A DNA stretch of 63,143 nucleotides, filler included. It is 9 parts of 9 records of this genome, joined end to end, with 100 filler letters (N's around TTAATTAATTAA, not from the genome) between each part and the next. Parts side by side here need not be neighbours in the genome. Positions count along the whole stretch, not along the records: positions 6,768 to 17,426 come from SRR15195285_1713; positions 17,527 to 22,171 come from SRR15195285_1717; 7 more parts are not named here. One strand, written 5' to 3'. This document shows positions 9,701 to 21,866 of this stretch, one piece after another. Numbering within the stretch: position 1 is the stretch's first letter; each line of letters opens with the position of its first letter. A model generated the notes under the pieces. That model saw nothing but the letters and a program-made list of their open reading frames with translations, had not been told where the DNA came from and searched no databases. The translations under genes were made by a program, and so were the position numbers.

Positions 9701-12700
9701 CTGGATGAGGTGGCTCTGAGTAAGGCTTGGGATCGGGAACATATCGGATGACCATGAGTTCGCTTTCCGTCGCAGCCAGCCTGCGCCGCCCTTGTCGGCA
9801 CCGATCAGTAAAAACATCGCCATTAGCTGCACTGAGTGTGGTGCAATCTTGTCGCCCTTATTGGAACCGCTGGCGGAAGCGCTAACACTCCACACAGCAC
9901 AAATCCCGCCGATCAATTTCGGTATGCTCTTCTCTTGATCGTAGACCAGGCACACCTCTTTGGCCATCGCGATGTAGGTCGCCGCATCACTTCCCCAAGC
10001 GTATTTTTGGTCGTCGACGAGCCTTTCCCACTCGGCTTTTGCGCCTTCCAGATGCTCCCGCAGATGATTCTGTTGACTCTTCGACAACTGGTTGAGGTCT
10101 TTGATAGCATCGAGCTGCTGAGCGTCAGACACAACCGCCATCCGCTGCTTTCTAGCCCTGATTTTAGCGATCATGAATTCAGGAAACGAGTCCGTGTCGT
10201 TGACGATCTCGGGACCGTTGCCAGTGTCAGACATCAAGGCTTCACCGAGAGCGCTAAAGTCGAAAGCAGACAGCCGCGCTGCGTCCGTGGTCGCACGTTG
10301 TCGATCAGCTTCGGAGCGTTCCAAGCAGTACTTCACAACCTTGCCCATATGTGCCAAGGCGTGCTCCCGAACGTTTGGGTTGCCGATTTGGGAGGGCAAC
10401 TGATAGATGTGTATCAGCGCTCGCGCAACTTCTGCAGGCCGGAAGGCGTGAGGATCGTCGTGCATCTTCTCTAGTTCTTTGGCGATGACATCTTCGGTGT
10501 ACTTCATCATCACAACCTCCAACTGCCTCTCGCCATACTGCTCAAAGAGCTGCGCGTAGTGAGCTATTTGCTTCAGTGGTGAATCTTCAGCCAGCCGAAG
10601 CAGCTCCATTAGACGGTTTGTCTCAACAAACGACCCATGGTCGGAGTGGCACTCTTGATTGTACGTGGTCTGTAGTTTTTCAGCGTGCAGCTTGAATCGC
10701 TTTGATGCTTGAACGTTGTCCGATTGAGTTGCCTTGCAGGCCCGCTCAGCAATTCCGCAACCGATTTCGCCGCACACCTGGATAGATGCACACTTCTCCA
10801 GTGCGGTGAGCAACTTTTCAATGCGCGCGTAGCCCTCCGGCTCTGGGTATTGTGTGGCCCAGACAGAGGATAGCTCGGTTGTGACATCGGTGATCTGCTT
10901 CTCAAAAGCATCGTTTACTTTCCCGAGAGCCACTCCTTGTCTGGCGAACACCAAGCCCCTCCTGCCAGCGAAGAACATCTTCTTTTCGTTCAAGTATTGC
11001 ATGTCGGCGTTGACGGTTGCTGCATCGAAGGTGTCGGCCTTTATGTCGGTGGCCACTAGGCGTTCGAAAGCTTCCTTGATTTTCTGATGGACCTGTTCAT
11101 CGTCCTTGAACCGCTGCTCTGCGTCCTCGATGGCCTTCTCCACAAATTCAATCAGATTGTCCAGAGCTCTATGCTCAGAGAGTTCAGGCTCGAAATCGAG
11201 TGCGGGTGTTGCTGTACGTTCGACGTCAACCGCACGGTCTTCGCCGGTGATTCTGCGACGAGCACCGCGCAAATGCTCCAACGCATTCTCTTCAAGCACT
11301 GGGCAGGCTTCACGCAAAATGGCCTCCGTCTTGGATTGCAGTGTAGTATCGTGCGTCAGCTGAGCGTCTTCTGCTTGCTCACAAGCTTTATGGATTCTCT
11401 GAACAAGCGCCTGCACAATCGAGTGGTACAAGCTAGTGACACCAGCAGCACCGTAAGCCATCAGCCGAGCTTCGATCGTGGCCAGCTCTTTCAGTGCCGT
11501 GTCGCATTTGATTCGAATCGTATCGGTCGTACACAGAGAGTCCGATTCCAACTCGGTCCTGATCTCGTCGTACCTGAGCGGGAGCTGCCTGTTGATAAAT
11601 CGGTTCAATTGCCCTCGGAATCTCGTCGCAGCAGTTGCCTGAAAGTCTGCCAGAGTATCATTCACTCTTCTCGCGTCAGCGCTGGTCAGCTCGCTCACAG
11701 TGAAAATGCTAAATGTCTGGACAAGGCAGTCGCGCTTGATCCGTTGGAGATCTTCGATTTCGCAGTGCCCCTGCAGGACTTCAGTGTATATGTCCAGGTC
11801 TCGCTGAAAACGCTCGAGCTTCTCTGTAGCCTCCTCCAAGAGCACATAGTCATCGGCCGCATGTTTGTGCTCTTGGGCCAGACCTCTCTGGTACACCGTG
11901 AGACCCTCGTAGAAACTTAACTGGGTGGACTCGAACTCATCGGGGAGAATGGCTTTGTAGCCGTCTAAGGCTCTCCTGACGACAGACTTGTCAGAAGTCA
12001 CCTTGAGACCTAAGAACTTGGCTTCACCAGACACTGTGCTGAACATGAAGATTTGGTCCGTCCTCGTCTTCAGTTTCTTGTCTAGACGTTGACACTCCTC
12101 GTGCAGGTCGACCTCCCTCTTTGCGTGCTCCGACTTCTTCATGTCTTTCAGTCGCTTGATGAGGTCGTGAGCGAGGCACAAGTCACGACGATCGAGAGCC
12201 TTATCACACCTCTGTACCAAGTCCTCGAGCGTCTGCTTCAGCTGCGTTCTACAGTTGGCAGCGGCTAAGTCGTCGATGAGAAGCGCCTCGTCCTCTGCAC
12301 GCTTCAACCCAGCAAGAATGCGGTCCACCTCGTCGGGATCCTTGCGCGCTACTGCGTCAGCTACCACAACATGTGCGTCACGAAGCTGACGTTCGATGCA
12401 TTCAGTCAATTGACCGTGCACCGCCATGAAGGGATCCATAGCGGCCTGCTCTGGACTGTCCAATAGTGGTCGCGGTGGTGTCACAGCCCGTGGTGGCGTC
12501 GAAGCCCTCGGCGGTGTCGCAGCTCTCGGTGGGATATCACATGAAGACCCACTGTCCGCAAATTCCTCTGCCAGCCCGCGCACCTGAGCCTGAATCTCTT
12601 GCTCGCGTTCACAAACGTCCTGATAAGCTCCTGAGTTCTGAAGTAATTTGGGCTCATCGACAGTAAAGCCCTTGCTGCTTGATTTCCAAAGCGTACTCAC

Positions 12701-15700
12701 TGTCGCATCGGCAGGCTTGATCCAATGAGTATTACTACCAATCAGACTCCTCTCGAAGCGTTCATACGTCCCGCTGCCGTACCCACTGACAATGACAGCC
12801 ACACCCTTCATCAGTGGCTCATCGTCTTCACGGGCATCCTCTTGAGAGCGCACAGAGGCCACTGCACGCTCCTCACAATGTCTCTTCTCGGCTAGGATCT
12901 GCTCCAGTTGACGCTGGAGATCTGCGTGCTTTTGCTGCTGTTGCTTCCACTCCTGCTCGAGCTGCAGTTCTCGCTGCCTTAGCTCCTCTTGCTTGCGGTC
13001 GCGCAGCGCTTGTTCTTCCTGGAGTTGCTGTTCACGCGCTGCCTTCTCTGCCACTTGCTCTCCGGCGCTTGCCATCTCGGTCAGAGGAAATCCGATGAAC
13101 TGCTGCAGATTGTCGAGGCCGTCGAACGCAGGAACGATCTTCCACTGGCGAAGCGGTTTCTCGATATTAGACTTCATCCTCTGGAGCAGTGTCTGTACTG
13201 ACCGCTCCAAACTGTTCACAAATGCAGCGTACTGGCCATCAGGAAGCAGCTCAGAGAGTGGCTCCGCATCCTTGATCATCTGCATCTGATCCTTCGTCCT
13301 TTGGAGCAGACCACCATCCATGGCTTGTGACGTACCACGTCCCTTCAGTGTCCCAACTGCACTGTCCAGGGACTTCTTTGATTCTCGGTACGCCGTGTGA
13401 AGGTGCTCGCAGATGTGTTGCTGTACTTGCGAGAAGTTGTCCGCTCCAGGTCCAATGCGAACGGCGCCGTCCATGCGCCTCGCAACTTCAACATAGTTTT
13501 TCCTCTCAAAAAGTCCGACGGTGGTTTGCACAAACGCGTCGCGCTTCGATACAAGTTCACGTATCATCTTCTCGTACTCCAGCTCCACGGCTTCTACATA
13601 CCCTCGCAGGTTCTGCATATTCATGACGATAGTCTGCACTTGCTCAGCGTCTGCAATGTTCTGCTCCGCAATCGCCTGCCAAAATTTGCCCACCTGGCCC
13701 GATGGGTCTCGGTCTTGCCCTCCCTGCTGCCCTAGAAACTCCTTGGTATCAGCCAGGAGCTGCTCGGTCGCAACCTGGTAGCACTCACTGGCCACCTTGT
13801 TGAGGGGCTCGCAAGCAGCAAAACTATTGAGAACGCCCTCCACCCGCTGGAATGCCTTGTCTGGTAGCTCTAGAGCCTCTGCTTCGAGGCAGCTCTGACC
13901 AATCGACAGCTGCTCGCTGCAAACTTGAGCGAGGGAGTCGGGCGTTCCCGTAACAGTGTCAACAACAGTACTCAGTAGCGAGTTCACAGATACTTCGAAA
14001 GCGTCTGTGTCCCCAGTGAACGTCAAGATCATGCCGTCTGATTGAGTCTCCACCTGGGTCTGCTCGACAAGTTCGCGCAGCTGCAGCTCGTACTTCTGCA
14101 AGAGTGCGTGCAAGTAGATCACACGCGGGACTTGTTCACGGTTCAGGGTCTCCGTGGTCAACGAAGCACACTCACTGCACACGCCTGCCACGAAGCTTTC
14201 CACTCTTCCCCATAGCGCAATCGCGTGCTCCTCGATGCCTTTGCGGGATGCATCTGAAGCATCGCCTCCGCATTCGTGAGTCGGAGTCACGTGGCCGCTC
14301 AGGTACTTTCTCATGAACATGACTTGTCGCACCATTTCGACGACAGTCTCCGGGCCGAGCTGCTGCGCCTCCTCGAGGTCATCCGAGCACGACTCGAGGC
14401 ATTTAATCACCAACGTCCACATCGACCACGCAGTAGTGTCCAGCTGGTTGCACAGGTCGGCATATCGGCTACGGTAGGTGGCCACAGAGGCCTCTGATAT
14501 GATACCCTCCATGTGCTCTGTTGCCTCGTGGATCTGGTCTGCCATTGTACGGAGGTCCTGAAAGTCACGTTCGCGGAATACAGGTCGCGGCTGTCCGTCA
14601 GTACCAGCGGATACAGTGGCATTGGCGTCCTGAATGAGGGAATTCACACGTTCCGCAATAGTAACTTTCTTCAGCCCTCGCTTGTGGTGGATGTTGCCAG
14701 TGGGATCCAAGCTCTCCAAACATGCAGCGATGTTCATGTGAGCGGCAAGTTCGGCGAAGTTCCTCTCGTGCAGCGAACTGTCCACGGAAGCGAAACACTC
14801 GTCGCTCGCGCGGTCCAGCTGCCTGTCGCAGTTTGCTGAGAGTTCGGAGAACAACACCTCGGGGGAGTACTTGCGAGAGAGATGTATATGCATGTGCTCG
14901 GTTGCGGATCGAATTGTGGAAAAGTTGCTTTCCAATTGTGGCTGTGTGTCGGGTAGACCATGTAGGTGGTCTGGCACAGAGTCAAACGCTGCACGTAGGG
15001 GCAACTCTAACTGCGCGATCCGTTTCTCGTAATGGTCCGTCTCGTCGAGGTGGTCTTGCAGCTTAGAAGTCAGCTCTTGTAGGAGACTTAAGTTGTCTCC
15101 GAGGGTCACATTGAATTCCTTGTGTTTCAGCGCGTGGTCAATGCGCTTGCAGACGACAGCGTCACGGAATTGCCTCACCACACCAACAGAGGTTTCGTAG
15201 CAGTCCCGGTCTGCAAGAAAGGGTGTCTCTTTGGAGCAGAAGTGCTGCGTCAGATGCTGCAACGCGTCCAAGTGGTGACACAAGTCGGTAACATTATCGA
15301 AGGTGGCCGAAACGGTTAGATCATCGGCCGTCATGGTCTTGACTTTGCTAGTCAACGAGCTGGCTCGCGAATTGATTCCATTGAGCAGTTCCTGCCATAT
15401 TTCTTTGAAGCATTCAGCTGGACGACCTTGAAGTTGCATTGGATCTGCTTGGAGCAACACCCCCGCGTCGTCAGTCTGACCTGCTGTTGCTGTCGCCTCG
15501 GTGATCAACCGAGCTTCGTGAACAATCGCATCGAAGTCCAGATGCTCTGCAACATCTCCGTACCGCTGAATTGCCTTCATGTGGTGCGCCACCTTTGCGA
15601 AGCGGTCTGCGGCCTGCGACAGGTCCGGCTCGTTGATAGCGCGGCTTGCCTGGTCCGCGTTGTCCTGGAAGAAGCTGCAGATCGCCTGATTGCTGGCGGA

Positions 15701-17389
15701 GTAGCTGGCTTGTACGTCGGCTACATCTAGCGAATCCCTGAGGATTTTGAGCACGCGGACGTCTGCGGCAATGAACCGGTTCAGGCAGCGCTCACCGTGC
15801 AACTGGTCTGAAATGCTCGCCTCAAGGTTCTTGCAAGCTGACACGAGCCGCACGCTGGCACTGTCAGCGATCGGAGAGTCCAGCGAGGCAGTGACATCCT
15901 CGATGGGAGGGATGTCGTTGCACAGCTTGTCGAGCAGTGCTTTGTGGTCATCTGGCTTCTCGTCAGGCTTGAAAATCACAAGTTCCTTGTACTTCCTCAG
16001 CTGGGCAATCATATGCTCGAGAATCTTGGTGATGGTTGGGTTGCTGGCGACGTCCTTCTGCCTGCTTAAGCCTTGCAACGTCTTCCTGATATGATGTGCC
16101 TGATCGCCGGGGTCACAGTGGCTGTACAGGATGAGTACCGACATCAGGGCAACGTCAATCACCTTCAGCGTGTGTGACATCATCTTCAGATGCTCAACCA
16201 GGTCCGCGCATTTGTTATGTATCAGCGTTTTTTCGTTGCCCTTCAGAACCCAGACGATCCTCGCACTGGCCAACGTCAGCAGCAGCCTCTTGATGGTGAT
16301 CGAGTTGGCGACATCAATCGTGGCATCGTTGATTCGCTGGCAGTCGGTGGCTCCGCAACCTTTGCACAGCTCCTCGTGGAACGCTGTCGTACACTCCCTA
16401 CAGAAGTTGAGCCCGCCAGAGTTGCGTTGACCCGGGATGTCATACGCGTGCAAAGAAGAGTTCTGAATGCGCCTGCTTTCGATCGCGCTGGTGCAAGAAC
16501 GGAAACGGCTCGTTCCGATTTCAACCACAGCGTCTGGGCCGTCGACCTGCAATACTTCCCTATACGACGGTGGGTCATCTGGATCGGTATCCTCTGTTGG
16601 CTCGTCCTTTACTGTCCGCTTCACAATGCGTTGGCCGTTGATCCAACAAATGAACGTGGATTTGCCGACGCCTGTATTGCCGATCATCAAAGAGGCGTGG
16701 CGCGGCTCCGTGTCTCCGTGATCCTCGAGCTCGCACGCGGCTTCTTGCACCAGATCAGCAACGATCTGGACATCAACGTCATCGGCCCTCGAATCGTCCT
16801 TCATCTGGGCCTCGTCCCTCATGAACACATCAACGACCTTCTTGGAAGTATACACGGGGGTCTCGTCGGTCATGGGAGTTGAGGCCGGCGGCGGCGTCAC
16901 TGGCACCGACGCAGGACTAGGCACGTCGACGCCAACCTGTCCATCGTTGGGCTGCGGCTGTGGCTCCGGCTGCGGCTCCGGCTGTGGTTCGGGTTCGGGC
17001 TGCGGCTGCGGAACTGGTTCGTTGTTGGTACTGGCGGCATTGGACGCGACTCCGGGCGACTGCGACTGTGAATCCTCCTGCGTGGACTGCGTCTCCCACA
17101 TGTGGGCCACAGAGTTGTGGGCCACAGAGTTGATCTGTGATTCAAGCCGCCGCCGCGGATCCAGCTGTGCATTCACTGGAGATTCAGATGGTGGAGGCAC
17201 AGCTGCCTCCTCGTCCGGGGAGTCCGGGGCTCCGTCCACTGGACCAGATGATGGAGTCGTCGCTCTCGGACCAGATGATGGAGTCACAGGCCCAGAAGCG
17301 CACGGGGCCGCGATTGCCTGCTCGAGCGCAGTGGCCGGACGTGGAACTCCTTCCGATTCAGTCTCCTGCCTCGACATCTGAGCAGCCAT
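6768..17389 (-). CDS. Giant protein (>3500 aa): P-loop GTPase + long helical region + SecA-like SF2 ATPase + vWA with YfaP/DUF2135-like insert; 3' end truncated at the contig break
   Basis: GNTGVGKST and DIPG (G1/G3). QVGTGEGKS, LLIDEVD, GVTGTL, PVLVFFE, FGRGIDF, GGVHVIQTF, QIMGRTARQ (SecA-type motifs). VVFLID...WLIVLSD (vWA). ISLMWD..TDLDLYV...LDVD...VENVF...PGQY (YfaP-like). Ends in EPEPEP at the gap. Confidence 0.85.
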
Positions 17390-17426
17390 GATGAGATCGA
17401 TGAGCGCTGCCTTGGGGTTGTCGGCC

Positions 17427-17526
17427 NNNNNNNNNNNNNNNNNNNNNNNNNNNNNNNNNNNNNNNNNNNNTTAATTAATTAANNNNNNNNNNNNNNNNNN
17501 NNNNNNNNNNNNNNNNNNNNNNNNNN
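17427..17526. other. Artificial contig spacer
   Basis: N44-TTAATTAATTAA-N44. Confidence 0.99.
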
Positions 17527-17915
17527 TCTCCACGAATGAACTCTCATTTTCAGTCAACACCGGCGGCAATACATATTCACATTACACGGTATAATACCGC
17601 GACCTGCTACAGCATAACAGAACTTAGAAGGTACTATGTACATAGCAATTCATTTAAAAATACTATATTTTATACGCACGGTTCGGAAGCGGACGGTGCT
17701 CCCACAAGTGCCCAGATTGGACGCAACGGCGATGGCGGAGCCGACGATGGCACACGCGTGCACGGCAGGTGATGTGTTCGTGATGGGCAGCCTTCCGATG
17801 GGCTCCAGACGTCCTGCACTGCAGGCTGCAGCTGGGTGATGCGCGTGGGAGCCTGCGCTGCCAGACGGACGGAGAGCGTCCTGAACGAGTCCTGCCGACT
17901 GCCGCAGCCTGCAGT

Positions 17916-20900
17916 GTGATGGGTGCTGCAGCCAGCGCTGCGGCTGCTGCCCGAAAGCTTCGCTTGCCTGCGTTGCCAGGGGATGACGAGCGGCCGTCCA
18001 GCAGCTATAGTGCGGGGTCTGGCAGCTACAGTGTGCGGTCTGGCAGCGTGCAGGCGGATGCGGATGAAGCGCTGCCTGCGTGGCAGCAGTGGGCGAGGGC
18101 GCGGGCCGCAGCAGCGGAGCCAGCGAGCTGCCGGGCGGGTGCGTGCCGGACGGCGGACGGCAAACGGCTTGCGCTGCAGGCGGCGCTAGAGGAGGCCCGG
18201 TCCATTTCACGGCAGTGGGAAACGGAAGCCAAGGCCGCCGCAGAGGCGGAAGCGGCGCGAATTGCACAGGCGAAGGCCGAGGAAGAGGCCGAGGCCGCGC
18301 AAGCTGGTCGTGCCAAGCCAGCCACTCAACTGCGTGCCATCGCGAACCTGCGGCGGCACACGCCCTCGCCGCTGGATGCTGGGTGTGCCGAGCGTCGCGC
18401 CATCCCGCTGCAACCAGGCTCGGACACGGCACTGGTCGTTGCGACCCAAGAGCCGCCGCTATCGATGGCGCGGGCACTAGTTGAAGAGGAAGCGGCGCCG
18501 GTGGACGAGGAGCAACTGCAAGCGGAGCGTGTGCGCGCTGACTTTCGCGTCCTGCGCGACGCTCCAGTGCTGGACGCGATGCTGCATGGTGCGACACAGG
18601 TGGACAACCTAAGCGCAAACCAGCTCGTTGCAGATCTACCGATTTACGTGGACTCGGGGGGCGCAGAGTGGCTTTATTTTGATCCGCACGATTCGAGTCG
18701 CACTGCAGGCTGGGTGAGTGTGCTTGCACTGGACGGACGGACAATTCAGCTTGGTCGGGAGGGCGAGCGCGCTGATTTTCGCGTCCTGCGTGATGCTCCA
18801 GTGTTGGATGCGATGCTGCACGGTGCGACACAGGTGGACAACCTAACTGCACGGGATCTTATTGAGAGTGCAGTGACCCAGGTGAGCACCCGCGGCGGAG
18901 AGGGGGGTGAGTGGGTCTTTTTCAATCCTCAGAATCCGAATCGCACTGCAGGCTGGGTGAGTGTGCTCGCACCAGACGGATGGACGCTCCAGCTTGGCCG
19001 AGATCACTTTGGAAAGCTTAGACACACTAAGCGCAAGGTAAAGAAAGTGGCACTTGGCCACTCCACTACGTCCACGGCACTTGCTACCACTCGAGCGAAG
19101 GACGAGGAGAAGGAGTTACTGCGAAAGCGGGACGAAGCCAGGGCTACAGGCAGAGATGAGCCGCTGGCGGAAGGTGCTGTCACGTGTATGCTCATGACAG
19201 GCGACGCTCGCATCTTTAAACGATCGCCAGAGATTGCCGAGTGGTACGAGGCCACTGGACAAGCTATTAAGCTTAAAGGGATGGGTGAAAATTCCTACAA
19301 ACTGCTCCCAGAAGCTCATCTCCCTAACGGGGTTGCGGTCTACGAAATTCCGGAACCTGAGCCTGAAACCGAAGACATCACGCTGGAGAAGTACATGGAA
19401 GAACAATCAAGCAACAAGGACATGAAGTTTGCAGAGTCGAACTCCGGTCGTCGGCAGAAGCCTACGTACATGATGTTCGCAGACAAAGCAGGACAACTGG
19501 ACTCGAGCACGAACCATCCAAAAGGTGTGCGTTCAGTCAGCAGCACCGAGGAAGTTATAGCTGCGGTGGATCCAAATGATTGGTGGAAAAAGCGGAATGA
19601 TAGCCTTGTTCCCCGCACGAATGAATTTGACAATGGGTGCCCAAACACGCGGGGGATTCAGGACAAGACGCTGAAAGCGGTCAACGTGAAACCAGGTGAT
19701 GTGATTCTCGAGGTTGGCTTCTTCCTTGGCGAGGCAATGGTGAAGGCTGCTGAGAGCCTGGCAACAGCGGCTGCAGCGTGCCACTTAGACATTCCCGGAC
19801 GCAGACGAATTGCGGATGCGAATGAGCAGGTAGAGAAATGCAGTGCCGCGTTGCAAGAAGCAAAAGCTGAGGCTAGTGAAGCTTTAGCAGTAGCTGCAAG
19901 GGCCTCAAAAGCAGCTGATGAGCTTGCAGCGGCAATAGCGAAGGAAGAGGAGCTCAAGCGAGCTGAGCGAGACGCGCAGATGGAAGGGGCGACGCCACTG
20001 GAACTTCTCAAAATATTGTCTACGGAGAACAAAGACAGCACTATGGATGATGATGCACTAACCGCGGAGACTATCACTGAAAACGAGGAGGCACTGGAGC
20101 AGGGGCAACAGCAGGGGTCCTCTTTGGTAAAGCTCAAAGAGGTTGCTGAAAGCACTGCGATCGCGTCGGCACAGGCAGCGAAGAAATGCAAGGACGTTGC
20201 AGAAGCATTGGATCAAGCCTACAAACACTTGGACCATGAATGCATCGTTGGAGGCGGCGTTGGTCGGGTTCATGGCTGCGAGCTAGAAGGCAGATTTGAC
20301 GAGCTCTCTGACTATCTGACGAGGCACCTTTCTGATAGTGCTATGGACATCGCCCAAATCAGCAAGGCTGACGTCGGGAAAGGCGTTGGCTCCTTGCCCT
20401 TTCCTGACGAGGTGTTCGACAAGGCTTACTCAATTGGCGCGTTGCACTTTTGGCCAGACCTGCCAGCTGCACTTGCTGAGCTCCGTCGCGTGCTGGACCC
20501 ACAAGGTGTACTAGTACTGGCCCTCCAGCCAAAGCTGATTGCTGCAGGCCAGCGGGATGGTTACCTCCCAGTTGGGATGCCGTGGAGCGAGCGTGACATC
20601 ATCCAAGCTCTGCGAGAGGCTGGGTTTGAGGTCGAGACGCCACAGTTGGCAGAGCGATTCACACTTGGCGATGACACAGACGACGTGGACGCAAATGAAG
20701 CTAGGCTGGACGAACAGGAAGAGCGGTTGAAGCTGGCACAGCAACAGCAGAGGGCTGCAGAAGCACGCAATCTGAAGATTGTCCCTGACATTCAGATCAA
20801 GTACGTTGGTGCCCCCTGCTACCGAACTGTTTACTGTATCTGTTGCCGAGGATTTATCGGCTCCGGATCACCCCTGTACCAACCAGTGGGCGACAACCCA

Positions 20901-21866
20901 CCTCCTAAACCTCAGCCAAAATACAAGCTGAGCTTTGGCCCAACGAGCTGCGAGTGCCTGCTCCCGTTGCTCGATGCCGACTATGTCGACGAGTTGCAGC
21001 TGGACGTCGCACACCCGTGGTCTCCAGATGTGATTGTTACACACACCTTTGGGAAACAGGAGTTCCCACCGGTCGATCTGGAGAATCACCATACCCTTCC
21101 TGTCTTGGACTACCATTTCACGACCGAACAGACGGAGATGCTGATGAAAGCCTTGAGCACAAACAAGCGCGCGATGCATGTCACTGTGAAAGCATATGCC
21201 GCGGAGGTTGACTATAAGGGAGACGTCACAACACGTACGCTCCTAGGCACCGGTACAGTTGACCTCGGTGTGTTTCTGCTCAACAAAGCGAGTCAATCAG
21301 AAGCACCTCTGGGCAAGGCCGACGATAGCAGCAGCAAAGAATCAGGTGTGCAGTATCAGATGACAGTCTTGGTCGAGTCGAACACAGCTTCCCGTGATCC
21401 TATGGCACGGGTCACCCTTGATTTTCGTGGAGACGCCCGGGCATGGAATGTGGCGTATGCATGGAGGCTGCGAAGAATTTATCACCCGGAGCAAGAGGAG
21501 GTCAATATATGCAGGGACTGTTTTCGGATGGCTGCGACCTTCAACAAACAGCAAAAGGAAATCACTCACAGGTGGGTGAGCAAGCACAAGGAGCTAAGGG
21601 ACCGTGCTGAGGAGACGCATCGCAACAAGGGAGCCCTAGGAGTAGGACTGGACTACGTAATTTTCATAGCCTGTCCATCGAAAGGTCGAAATGCTGCAGC
21701 ACGATCGCTAGCCGAGGCTGATCGACTATCAAACAATTTCTTGTCGCATATCAAAGATGCGACTCTCGCAGTTCCTGCCGAGTTCTTTTCACCTGAACAA
21801 CTCGGTGGCTCTAAACATTGGGGCCCCAAGTTGGCTACTGGGCCCCCAAACTTCGAGCGTGAATGA
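17916..21866 (+). CDS. Multidomain protein: two SH3b-like repeats + class I SAM-methyltransferase-like fold interrupted by coiled coils + C2-like region
   Basis: 1316-aa ORF. VKPGDVILEVGFFLG (motif I-like), VHGCEL, LPFPDEVFDKAYSIGALHFWPDLPAALAELRRVLDPQGVL, ALREAGFEV. The true start is uncertain. Confidence 0.7.
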   Translation: MMGAAASAAAAARKLRLPALPGDDERPSSSYSAGSGSYSVRSGSVQADADEALPAWQQWARARAAAAEPASCRAGACRTADGKRLALQAALEEARSISRQWETEAKAAAEAEAARIAQAKAEEEAEAAQAGRAKPATQLRAIANLRRHTPSPLDAGCAERRAIPLQPGSDTALVVATQEPPLSMARALVEEEAAPVDEEQLQAERVRADFRVLRDAPVLDAMLHGATQVDNLSANQLVADLPIYVDSGGAEWLYFDPHDSSRTAGWVSVLALDGRTIQLGREGERADFRVLRDAPVLDAMLHGATQVDNLTARDLIESAVTQVSTRGGEGGEWVFFNPQNPNRTAGWVSVLAPDGWTLQLGRDHFGKLRHTKRKVKKVALGHSTTSTALATTRAKDEEKELLRKRDEARATGRDEPLAEGAVTCMLMTGDARIFKRSPEIAEWYEATGQAIKLKGMGENSYKLLPEAHLPNGVAVYEIPEPEPETEDITLEKYMEEQSSNKDMKFAESNSGRRQKPTYMMFADKAGQLDSSTNHPKGVRSVSSTEEVIAAVDPNDWWKKRNDSLVPRTNEFDNGCPNTRGIQDKTLKAVNVKPGDVILEVGFFLGEAMVKAAESLATAAAACHLDIPGRRRIADANEQVEKCSAALQEAKAEASEALAVAARASKAADELAAAIAKEEELKRAERDAQMEGATPLELLKILSTENKDSTMDDDALTAETITENEEALEQGQQQGSSLVKLKEVAESTAIASAQAAKKCKDVAEALDQAYKHLDHECIVGGGVGRVHGCELEGRFDELSDYLTRHLSDSAMDIAQISKADVGKGVGSLPFPDEVFDKAYSIGALHFWPDLPAALAELRRVLDPQGVLVLALQPKLIAAGQRDGYLPVGMPWSERDIIQALREAGFEVETPQLAERFTLGDDTDDVDANEARLDEQEERLKLAQQQQRAAEARNLKIVPDIQIKYVGAPCYRTVYCICCRGFIGSGSPLYQPVGDNPPPKPQPKYKLSFGPTSCECLLPLLDADYVDELQLDVAHPWSPDVIVTHTFGKQEFPPVDLENHHTLPVLDYHFTTEQTEMLMKALSTNKRAMHVTVKAYAAEVDYKGDVTTRTLLGTGTVDLGVFLLNKASQSEAPLGKADDSSSKESGVQYQMTVLVESNTASRDPMARVTLDFRGDARAWNVAYAWRLRRIYHPEQEEVNICRDCFRMAATFNKQQKEITHRWVSKHKELRDRAEETHRNKGALGVGLDYVIFIACPSKGRNAAARSLAEADRLSNNFLSHIKDATLAVPAEFFSPEQLGGSKHWGPKLATGPPNFERE
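18534..19003 (+). repeat. Intragenic tandem duplication (two copies, about 234-243 nt each)
   Basis: RADFRVLRDAPVLDAMLHGATQVDNL...RTAGWVSVLAxDGxTxQLGR occurs twice. The DNA copies start at 18534 and 18768 and are near-identical at their 5' ends. Confidence 0.95.

Noticed and set aside
8300-9720. Bacterial or plastid secA gene / contamination
   Set aside because: The SecA-like motifs are embedded in a >3500-aa protein with eukaryotic low-complexity ends, and SecA-specific C-terminal domains are not recognisable.
17650-18852. Long antisense ORFs (for example 17650-18852, 333-983, 59711-60616, 11087-11920)
   Set aside because: These are shadow frames of GC-rich coding sequence on the opposite strand, with no motifs of their own.
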